Source: Mantamonas sphyraenae STR306 (Eukaryota; Protista; CRuMs). From it: DNA of 64,000 nt. How positions within the stretch are numbered: position 1 is the stretch's first letter; every line of letters begins with the position of its first letter. Of the stretch, positions 54,005 through 64,000 are shown piece after piece. The translations under genes and the position numbers were made by a program. The notes beneath the pieces were generated by a model. That model was given only the letters and a program-made list of their open reading frames with translations, was not told where the DNA came from and did not search any database. The DNA is taken from assembly GCA_026936335.1 (NCBI GenBank), contig JAPMXV010000012.1:186001-250000 (forward strand), read 5' to 3'.

Positions 54005-57000
54005 TCACATCTCGTTCAACTCCACCCCAGCCACCTCCACCCCCTTCGCATCCGTTGGACTTAGCCCCACCACCCGTTCCAGAACACCCACCAACGGGCT
54101 CTCTGGATGCCTCACCAGGTAGCTCCACACCCTCCCCTTCATCGGTTCCGTACACACTGCCGCCACTTCGTCCGCCCTCTCTGTCGTTGCCCCACCCCTC
54201 ACAAGCTGGACCATCTCCTCACCAGCACCAGCTTTTCCTACTCCCTTCAGCACGTCCACCCACAGTCTCTCCTCCACCGAAGAAAGGACCGCTTGGGCCA
54301 CCTCCCGATCGATTCCTCCTTCCAAACACGCCTGCCTCACCCTCACCCTCACCCACAACTCCCGTACCACAAAAGCGACACACACCACCGCAATCGACAC
54401 GGACAGTCCCACTGTGACCTCCACCCATCCGTTTGCCCCACCGTCGGCCCCTGTCAGGAACAACATGCCAGCCAACAACAGCACCGTCGTCTGCATCAAC
54501 AACACAGCCTCCAGCCTGTTCTCTGCCCGCGTACCAAACGGCTGCACCTCGTGGTGCAGCACTGTCGACACAGCCATGATCAGCAAACCCAGCACTGCCT
54601 GCAGACCCGGCTGCTCCGTCGCAAACAGCTGCACTGCCACCACAAGCACACGCCGTACCATCACAGCGATCTCAAACCAATAGCTCTCATCCCTGTACTT
54701 GCCGTACAGAGATCCAAACATCTCGCCAAATCCAGCCTGACCTCTGCGATCCCGCTCACGTCCTGCCACCAGGACCCACACAAAGCCTGCGGGGATACCC
54801 ACCACATATATCGCCGCGAAAACAACCGCAGGGACCAGCAAGCGCGCATGCACGCCCCCATCCACCCAGCACACGACCTCCGGGTCCGCCTCGAGAACCG
54901 CCATCCCGGCGCGCACTTGGATGCAGTCAAACACCTGCAGCACACGCGTGCAAAGTGTGATGTACAACAGCCCCATTGCAAACACAATCTCGTTGATCAA
55001 GTAGCGCAGTGTCTGCTGGTCGACAAGTTCGGCCTCTGTGAACACGCGCGACACCTGCCACCGCGCCAATTCCAACGCAAATTGAATTCGGCTCTGCCCG
55101 CGCGCCTCTGGCGGCGCACAAAAGGCTGCATGCCGTGCTGAAAAGCCTGCCGCGTGCCTGCGTACCCATGCCGCGTGCGCGTGCTGCATCGCCACCCGCA
55201 CGCACAACGCCAGCACAACAGCGGCCGGAAGCGCCATTGTCAACCAGAACCTGGCTTCAAAGTCCCATCCCTCCACTGTGCACTCGGGCGCGGTCGTCTC
55301 GATGTTGAGACTGGCCAGGGAAAAGGTCGCCAGGACCTCTTGCACAGCTGCCGGCCACTGGAGGCGAAAGTCGGCCAGCGCACCAATGACTTGCAAGTTG
55401 GTCACGGACACCATGACGAGGTTGCTACGCGACAGCCCTCCCTCGCTCTCGCGCACCTGAGCACGAACCCAAAACACAAACACCACGCACAGCAGCGCAA
55501 GCACGGACGCGGACCCGCTCGCCCCGGCTGCGCATGCCTGACACAGCTCGCCGAGCCTGTAGAACCCGGGTGCACAGCGGCCACACAACAGACCTTGGTA
55601 CCCCTCTGCGCACGACGACGACGACGAGTTGCTGCTGCCCCCTGGACACGACGATGGCACTGCGCAGCGCACGAAGCGAAACTCGCTGCCAACGCCCGTC
55701 TGAAAATACCCCGCGGCTGCGCGTGGGGGCTGTCCCAGCCCTGCGCACGTCGCCCCGACGGGGCATGCCTCGCATGCTTCGCCGTTGCGCCCCGTGGGTG
55801 CGAAAAACGACGGGCGACACACGCAATCACTCAGGATACGCGGCACCCCGGACGGCACAAATGCGTTTGCCGGACACACCACTCCGCCTGCCAAAAAGGT
55901 GACGCCAAATGCGGTGAACTGCACGCCGTTGAGAGACACTTCAACCGCCACCGTCCCGCTCGGCAGCACAGGCGCGCGCACGTCAATGTGTGTGCTGGAT
56001 ACCACAGTTCCGTTGACCGCCACACTGCCAAAGCGGACCACACACACGCCTGTGTCTGCAAACGAGGCTCCTGCGATGGCAACCTGCACCTGCTGGCCCA
56101 GCGGTGCCACGTCAGGAAAAAGGCTGCGCACCTGCGGCGCTGCGTAAATGTCCATCTGCACTCCGCTGGAGAATGACGTGCCGTCCAGGCTCACTTCCAC
56201 TTGCACGTTGCCTTGCTGCAGGCCGCTGGCTGGCGTTGTGCACGTCACGCTGCTCGGCGTTGCAAAACGAGCGGGGGCTTGCACCGCACCGGCAAACCGA
56301 CAGAGCTGACCCGTTCCCTCCACAAAGCCATGCCCAGACACAGTCACCTCTGTGCCTCCGCTGGTGGGGCCGAGCCGCGGCCACACGCCCGTGACCTCAA
56401 ATGTGTCCACTGACGACCCAGTGGCCCAGTCATGGCCGTTCAAGCTGATTTCCACCTGGGCCCTGCCGAAGGCCAGTGACGGTAGCTCACACTCAACCGA
56501 CGTCGACGTACGCCACGACGCCGGAACAACGATCACGCGACCATCTGACGACGTGAAGCGTACCTGAATGGTGCCAGTATCGGCAAACGTGCGCGGCAAT
56601 TCCGAACTCACAGTCATGGTCACCGGCGGCCGTGCTGATCCGTACAATGCAGGGACGACTTCAGGCCGCACAGTGCCTATTCCATGTACGGGATACACCG
56701 AAAACGTGACGGTGCCAGCGACACTCTCGACTCCGTTGGGAAACACGGCCACGCTCAACTGACGAAGCGAGCCAGGCGCCAACACCCCGAGCGACGCAAA
56801 CGACGGTGTCTGAAACGTCACCGCAGTCGCGCCAAGGTGCACAGAGCCTACGTCTAGCGTGCCCAGTGTGGCTCGTGCCTTGTCTGCAGCCGGGCGTAGG
56901 CCAGTCGCGCTGGCCGTGACGTTCGTTCCGCCCGTCTGCGGCCCCGATGCTGGCATCAAGCTCACCACCGTTGCGTCAAACACGCGCAGCGGGCCATTGG

Positions 57001-59046
57001 TCACGGAAATCCACTGCTCGGCGCCGTTGAACGACACCTGCACCTCCACATCTGCTGCTGGCATCGCCGGCATCAAGCAAACAAGTGTTCCGTTGGCAAA
57101 CAGATTCGCTTGGGGCGCGACTCGGATTCCAAATCGACAGCGAACGTGGTCTTTGGCGAGGTCGTACGGCAAGCCCGCCACGGAAAGGGGCAGAAGCAGG
57201 CCACCCGTTGCGCGTGCAGAATGCAGGTTCAATGCAAACGAGGCGTTGACCGACCGAAACACCGGTGGTGTCGCCAATGGGTTTGTAAATGCGCTGGGAA
57301 TGGCCACAGACACCTCTGTGCCCAGTGCCTCCAGCGCAGGTGTGCTGCAATACATGCGCGTGGCAGACTCAAACGCACACTCTTCTGCGACCCGCCCCGC
57401 GAAGTGTGCCTTGTCGCCGGCTTGAAAGTGCAGCCCTGTCAGAGTGACGTTTGTGGCACCGCTTGCGGGGCCCAGTAGAGGGGCGATGGTGTCGATGTAC
57501 GGCCAAGTCAACGGACACGACGACGACCCGGGTCCTGCGTTGGAGCTGCCGTTTGCGCACGGGCTGCATGCAGCGAGGGACGACGCCGTACTGAACGTGC
57601 CTTGCGCACACGTGGCACACTGTGCACCCGCTGTGGATGCTGACGGTGCTTGCGATGGGCCGGCAGATACGATTCGCTGTCCAGCAGCACAGTTCTGCAG
57701 CATCGCGAAGAACATAAAGCTGGGCACCTGGCCAGCCGTTACGAACGCATACGACCCGGGAAGCACGGCGATGCACGAGGGGGTGATTTTCAGGGTGCTC
57801 TCCCACACACGTCGTTCCAGCTGAGCTCCACTGGTGGCATTCAGTCGCGTCACTGTGGCCGAGTTGCCAGCCCCGGTTCCGGGTTTGTTTTGCCAGCCAG
57901 AGGTCACCACGGAGCCGTCGTTCGCCAAGTCGACGCCTGTGAAGCCGTTGTTCTTGGTTTCGGTCGACACGTACACCCATCGCCGCGTCCCAGCCGCGTC
58001 CACCTTTGCACAGAACCCTCCACGCCCTTCGGCGCCCGTCGGCTGACCGGCAAACGTGCCACGTGCGTCGCCGCACACGACGACGGTGTTGTCGTGTGCG
58101 TCAACAAGCATTGGCTGATTGCCCAACGTGTCGCCGTTGGTCGACCCAAACGCATTCTCCCACACACGCTGCTGCGTCGTCACATTGAAACCGGCCACCA
58201 AGATAGAGCCCGAGTTTGCTCCACTGGACACGGTGCCTGCCACGTACGCCAGTTGCAGCGATTCGACCACCGCCACGCGCACAAAATTCACGTTGACACC
58301 CGGCGGCGAGAACTGCTTCGTGGACACCTCCACTCCTGTTGCTGGGTCAAACTTGGTCACAAACATGTCCATGGGTGCGTTCTGCGTGTTGCCTGCAAAC
58401 GTGCCGGACACGATGGTCCCGCTCTGTTCGCGCGGCACAAATGTCAGCGACCTTTCCCCCCCAAATTGTGTGCATGGCCATGCACGAAGTATGTACGCAC
58501 CGCATACAGGCCTTTGGCCGTCAGAAAGACACCATACGTGGTGACGAGGCTGTCGGGACCCCAGAAACGAATCCAAGCGACGGTGAAGTTTTCGAACATC
58601 AACGCGACGAAAGGCGCCTGGAAGCCCTCCGAACGCGTGCTGTTTGCACGCGGGAGGCCGTTCCGCGGCAAAAGATCGCCTCGACTATGGCCAACGATTG
58701 CGATCCCCGCCATGGAAGCCTCCATGTGGACCGCGTTGACATATGTTTCCGGGTTCGAGGCCGCGCCGCTGAGAAGGATCGTCGACAACGCGGTGCCGTT
58801 TGCAGCGACACGCCGCACAAACCCATCCACAAGACCAGGGCCCTTTTCGGCGTTGTCCAGCGCGGAGCGTGTGTAGCCCACCATCACTACAGTGTTGTTT
58901 GACGCGGCCACGAGCGACGTGGCTTGCGAATTGTTGTCGCCACCACCCCAAATCAGGGTGTATTCGGCCCACACGGGCAGTGTGGCGGAGAGAATGAGCA
59001 CACCTAGGATGCAAACCAGGGAGTGTTGGGGCAAGCCTTGGTGCAT
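54005..59046 (-). CDS. Large receptor-like protein: signal peptide, beta-propeller, Cys-rich region, about 6 IPT/TIG domains, Cys-rich region, about 7-9 TM helices (frameshift at C7 run 58456-58462)
   Basis: Signal MHQGLPQHSLVCILGVLILSATLPVWA. IPT repeats (P..GP.sGgT.vtv.G.gF). CAEGYQGLLCGRC, and FGSLYGKYRDESYWFE in the TM region. Confidence 0.85.
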
Positions 59047-59149
59047 TTGGTTTTTCAGTTGGATTCCGTTGCGGGGTCGACCGGGTGATGGAAACTGTGC
59101 TCGGGTGGATGGGGAGGTGAGAGGAAAGGGGAGGGGAGAGTAAAGGGGT

Positions 59150-60468
59150 TCATTCAAGGCGTTCAAGGCGTTGGCGTTTGGAGGAGGAGGAGCAGGAGGA
59201 AGGGTCTTTGCGCTTGGGGAGGGTGAAGGAGGGGATGGGGTAGGCGTTGACGAGTGCGACGGTGGTGGGGCGGGTGGTGATGTGGGGTGTGATGCGGTCG
59301 ATGAGGGTGTGGAGGAGGGTGTGCAGTGTGGCGTCGCTGGGTTTGGGGTTGTCGAGCCAGGCGATCGTGAGGGAGAGGGATGTGACACCGCGGGTGAGGG
59401 TGTTCTCGATGGCCTTGGACGCCTGTTGGTAGGTTAGGTGTGGCCTAAGGAGGCGGACAAAGAAGGCCAGGTCGACAGGCGGCACGCCAACGTTGCCAAG
59501 CGCCAGGATGATGTGTCGCAGCAGGGACTTCAGGCTGCCGTTGTTGATCAACTCACGCAGTGCCTGGTTCTCGTGTGTGTGCTGATGGCGAGGTTGCTTG
59601 GCTGCGCGTGCCTTCATGTGTGCCAGCAGCGTCTGGAACTCCCGCGCCGTGCAGCTGCCACGCTCGTCTGCGGTCGTGCACCAGCCACTGCGCACAGACT
59701 CTGGATGCCACTCTTCCACCTTGGTGGTGGTGAGGTGGTGGTCGTAGTCGCATTTTGTCCAGTGTGGGTCGCCGTCGTTGTCAGCAGGGCGTCGTGCTTT
59801 CTGCAGCCACAGCTGGGTCTGCTTGTGCTCCTTCCAGGTGGTGGGATGGGGCCTGTTGCCAAGAGTGTCCATCTCTGTCATGAGCAGGTGGAGGAGGGCG
59901 TAGTTGGGGTCTCCGTGGTCGTGTGGCTCCTCCAGCCAGCACACCTTCAACCCAGCCTTTGTCACACCCATGGCCAGACCTGCGCTGATGATGGCTTTTG
60001 TGCATGCCTTTTGATCCATGTCACGGCCGAGAAGGGCGAGGCAGAAGGCCATGTCTCCTTGGGAGAGGAGAATGTTGGCCATTGCGAGAAGGATTTGTCG
60101 GAGCAGCGTGCTCAGGGTGCCATGGCAGACCAGAACACGCGCTTGCAGGGTCATGAGGTCTGGGATGTTGTCGATGGGATGCTCGTTGGCCAGGGTGTGC
60201 ATGTGCCTCAGCAGTGCCGTGTGCTCCTTCTTGTTACTGTGCATGCGCTCGCTCTTGCGCCTTGTTGTCCTGCCACTGCGCACAACGCCATCTGGCAGTC
60301 CAACCTCCTCCGCCATCTTCTCCTCCTCTGTAGGCTCGGGCAAAACACGCTCGGGGATTTCGAGGGTGTTGACAGCGTCGTATGTGATGGGGCGTGTAGT
60401 GATGTGGGGGGTGATGCGGTCGATGAGGGTGTGCAGGAGGGTGTGCAGGAAGGCGTCGCTGCCGACGG
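59150..60468 (-). CDS. Uncharacterised internally repeated helical protein, apparently 5'-truncated (first ATG ~60316)
   Basis: Repeats LSTLLRQILLAMAN/LKSLLRHIILALGN and two copies of LHTLLHTLIDRITPHITTRP. The frame is open to ~60468 with no ATG. Confidence 0.55.
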
Positions 60469-60541
60469 ATCAATGTGCCATTGGGAAGGAATGCAACCAT
60501 GAATGTGTGTCTGCGTGTGTTGCATTGATGCATGCACACTG

Positions 60542-63242
60542 TCACTTGTCCGAGGTTTCTTGGCCTTTCTGCACTTTGGACTCGTCGTTGTCATCGGTGA
60601 TCATCATCATCGATTCCAAGAGACCACCGTAGTACTCAGTGTGGTTCTGACCATGCACCACATACACCTGTTTCTCTCCTTCCTTCGTCCACTCCTTCAG
60701 CTGCTCTTCCAGTTTGGGTTTCGGGCCCTTGACGCTCGTGAAGCCAAACACAATGTGTACCTTGCCATTCTCGCCTGCCAGCGGCTGAAACGTCTCACGG
60801 ACAACCTCCTGATGCTGCATCACTTTCTCGTACTCGTCTTTGATCAGTGTAAGGCTCACCTTGTCGCTTGCGTGAATCCCCTGCTCGCTGAACTTGCACT
60901 GGATGCACTCAACCACCACCCCGTCGACTGCGGGATGGACAACTATGACATCTGCAAACGGTGCGTTGGTCCCATTCATCATCTGCATGCTTGTCTGCAG
61001 GCCATCCGGATTCGCCTGGACCAACTTGGCCACCTCCTCCTTCACAGTCTTTGTTTGTGCGGGGAAGCGTTCCCTATAATCCTGCAGGTCTATCGTCACC
61101 CTGGCTTTCAGGTTTGTGGAGTACTGAATGTGGTCCAGGTTGAAGCGCAATGATCCTCTGTGCCACCAAAACCCGTCCAGCAATGCGTAGTCCGGTGGGC
61201 TCTCGATCAGTGCGAGAGATCGCAACACGTGAAAGTATTGTGATTGCTTCTCATAGTGTTGCCACAATGCAACCTCGTTGAAGTCGGTGATGCGCCGGAG
61301 CAGTTCACTCTTGCTAGCCGCTTCACGCCCTTGCAGACCGAGGGGAATCGGCATCACCTGGCCTGCGTGGTGGACCAGCAAACCACAACTCATGTGTTCT
61401 TGCACAGTGTTTCCACCAACCTTGTCACCAATTTGAATTGTCTCCTTGAACAGGTGCATCCGCGTGAGCGTTTTGGCCAGATCTGCCGGGAATTCTGCTG
61501 TGTACGTGTCATGCCTGATTTCTTGAACAGCGCGTTGAAGATCAGATTGAATGGTATCCAGCGATAGGGAATGAACCAGCTTAAACAGCTTTGCAATCCC
61601 CTCAACCGCTCTCGGCACACCGTACAGCTGCCGCAGAGTTTGCAACAGCAGAGTGCGAAGGACTTTCCGTCGATGGACTTCATCTGGATGGTCTTTTTCC
61701 CGATGTTCTTCATGTCGATGGTCTTCATCGTGCTTCAAGTTTGCAAACCCGAGCACAGCATCCAGGGATTCCTTGAGACTGAGTGTGGGCACAGCCAGCG
61801 GCAAGTTGCGGTATGTCGACTCGCGATCAAGGGCACCCATCAGGTGCAGGTCCCGTGTGCCCGCAACGGCAACCACGGCACGACACGGATGTTCTTGGTC
61901 GTTATACACACCACTGATCCTGCTGACGCTGTTGATAATGCCAGTGGCCGAGTTGATCACCGGTTGCAAATTCGATTCCAAGGACTTGTATGGATCAGCC
62001 AGCTTCTGCACTTCGTCGTACCCAAGATACAGAAGTACAGGGGCACCTCCGTTCTGACTCTGTGCGTGCTTAACGATCAACTCGGCTGCGTCAACGGGTG
62101 TTGGCAGCGATTCCAGCGACTGCTCAAGTTGCACCACGTGTTTCTCACGGAGACGAGCGTTGTCACCCCGGTCAACAGCGTAGTCGTACAGCATGCGCAC
62201 ACCCAGACCATAATCACCCCATCTCCTCTCAATAACTGGCTTGTTCTGATTGTTCAGCGTCAAAAGCAGTGGCAGCACCTGCAGATGCGGTACCTTTTCC
62301 TGTGTGACTTGTCGCAGAGCCTCCGTCAGCTCCATCAGCATGCGCGACTTGCCAGTACCAGACATGCCAGTTACTGAGTACAGAACCGTGTCACCCCGGT
62401 GTTGAGTCATTTTTTTGCGAAGTTGGGAGTCAACGCGCAAACGAAAGCTTTTCAGTGCATCCTGCCGATTCTGAAGTGGGATTTGCATGGCCAATTCCGT
62501 GTCGATGACGTCTCCCAAAGGCGTGTTCTTCTTGCTGAGATCGAAGCAGGGCTCCATCTCTAACAATTCGGCAAATTGCTCCACGGACGTCAGCTCCACC
62601 CGCCCCACTGCGTGTTTGTCAATGCACAGGGTGTCAGCGACGTCATGGACGGCTCAAAGAAACGTTGGAACCTACCGTGGGGCGAAATGTGTGCAGCTGC
62701 TTCCCACAAGCCTGTGGGGAGTGGGGCGGGTGTCAGCAAAATGGCGCGGCGCGAAGAATTGTGGGTGTCAGGAACTCACGCTCATGGTGCGCCTGGGCCT
62801 TCTGCTGTCCCGTTCTCGCGTCATCCACCCAAAGTTGGTACACCGCAACAGCATCCTCATCCCCCTTTCTCTTTGCATCCAGCAGCAACGCTTGGGCTTC
62901 TTTCACTTTTGCTTCGGCTTTTTCGACTTCCGCCATGGCTTTTTCGATTTCCGCTTCTTCTTTCGCCTTCGCAACTTCCGCCTTTGCCTCAGCCACTTCC
63001 TTCTCTGCCTTTGCCACTTCGGCCTCTGCCTTTGCCAATTCCTTCTCCTTCTCATCCACAAGACTCTGCAAGGCCTCCTTCTCTGCTTGTGGGCTGTGTC
63101 GCAGCTGTTGGCGAGCTTGCCCAAGTTCCGCGGACAACGACTCTACACGGTCGCGCAACCTCTCCAGGCGCTCCTCACGCTTGTTCAGCTTGCTTCTGGC
63201 CTCCAAGAACAACTCCTCAGCACTGATAGTGGCTGTGGACAT
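60542..63242 (-). CDS. Crinkler/CR-type effector-like protein: coiled-coil header + P-loop NTPase + PD-(D/E)xK-like REase
   Basis: Walker A GMSGTGKS, Walker B LYLGYDEVQ, GVPRAVE and C-terminal NAPFADV...CIQCKF. Two 68-bp introns (62712-62779, 62608-62675) join the header in frame. Confidence 0.72.
62900..63045 (-). repeat. Imperfect 21-bp heptad repeats (AKAEAEV/AEKEV)
   Basis: Recurrent gccacttc/gcctttgcc units encoding coiled-coil heptads. Confidence 0.65.
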
Positions 63243-63547
63243 GCTGCAGCGCTGCACGACAGCGGCTGTGCCGTTGAGCCATGGTGATGATGAGGACGAT
63301 GTGTTCCTGCCCTGCCACGACCGGGTCGCATGCAAACTGGCACCCACAGCCACGTCGTGTCGAGAACGCATCGTGCTACGATGGGCAGTGACCTGCATCC
63401 ACGTGGTTCGCACACGTGGAGTGCCTCTACGAAGGGTTCGGCCCAGCGAGGTGCCTCCTCGTTTGGACACCCTGCGTGCGAACATTTGGCTGCGAGGGGG
63501 CAGCATGCATCGTGCATCCACACAATTCACCCGTGTGTGTCGTGTGG

Positions 63548-64000
63548 GAAACCATGTCGTACGGTGGCAGGATGAACAGCGGCGACACGATCACGGTGAC
63601 GGTGGACGTGGACGAGGGCTGGATCTCGTTCAACCACAACGACACGGACTACGGCAAGGCGTACGAGGATCTGCCCACGGACAAGGACCTGTTACCTGCG
63701 ATCTCCCTGTACGACGCCGGAGAGAAGGTGATCTTCAAGCCAGCGAGCCTGGGCAAGGAGAACAAGAGCGAGAGCGGCAGCGCCAAGGAGTGGGGCGTGA
63801 GCTTCACGGTGTACCCGACTGGTTACACGAAGGAGGGCGCTTTGGCGGCCATGGAGAACATGAAGGGCGAGTTTGACGCGTTCCAGGAGCGCCACAGCGC
63901 GCTTGGCAAGACGGAGGACCAGCAGCTGGTGGAGGTGGCGACGAACTTTGTGCGCAAGAGCAAGCCCGACGGTGACCCGAGCGACATCAAGGACGTGACG
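63548..64000 (+). CDS. SPRY-domain C-terminal half plus downstream region, probably from a large ubiquitin-ligase-like gene; 5'-truncated and runs off the window
   Basis: Manual translation: MSYGGRMNSGDTITVTVDVDEGWISFNHNDTDYGKAYEDLP...LLPAISLY. It has no stop in the window, so it is absent from the ORF track. Confidence 0.7.

Noticed and set aside
1-64000. Prokaryotic or giant-virus origin; rRNA or tRNA genes; alternative genetic code
   Set aside because: Spliceosomal introns and core eukaryotic genes are present throughout, no RNA-gene signatures were seen, and conserved proteins translate properly with the standard code using all three stop codons.

Overview
Very gene-dense, GC-rich eukaryotic (protist-like) genomic DNA with short GT-AG introns. 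It carries about 26 protein-coding genes, and I found no supportable rRNA, tRNA or CRISPR. Positions 1-51,076 are mostly conserved housekeeping genes with gaps usually under 100 bp: PDXDC1-like (partial), DONSON, Apd1/Aim32-type ferredoxin, a SAM-ZnF-START protein, GNA1, BABAM2/BRE, MAU2/SCC4, an OSCA/TMEM63 channel, YKT6, SMC4, RRP36, COG4, a filamin-repeat protein, a TUL1-like RING ligase, a PH-IQ protein, ALG3, AP5B1 and SMC3. Positions 51,100-64,000 form an accessory zone with two large surface proteins, gene fragments and a Crinkler/CR-type NTPase+REase gene. Main observations: (1) a trypsin-like protease cassette (4245-5432) sits between two ~1.37-kb direct copies of host DNA, and similar geometry recurs around the IPT/TIG gene; (2) the CR-type gene is flanked by 5'-truncated genes; (3) the OSCA channel has a ~350-aa zinc-finger insertion; (4) TGA stops are often embedded in an AATGA(A) motif and tandem genes lie 28-98 bp apart. 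Six frameshifts, one in essential SMC4, suggest assembly indel errors. All family assignments come from motif recognition by eye, not database searches.
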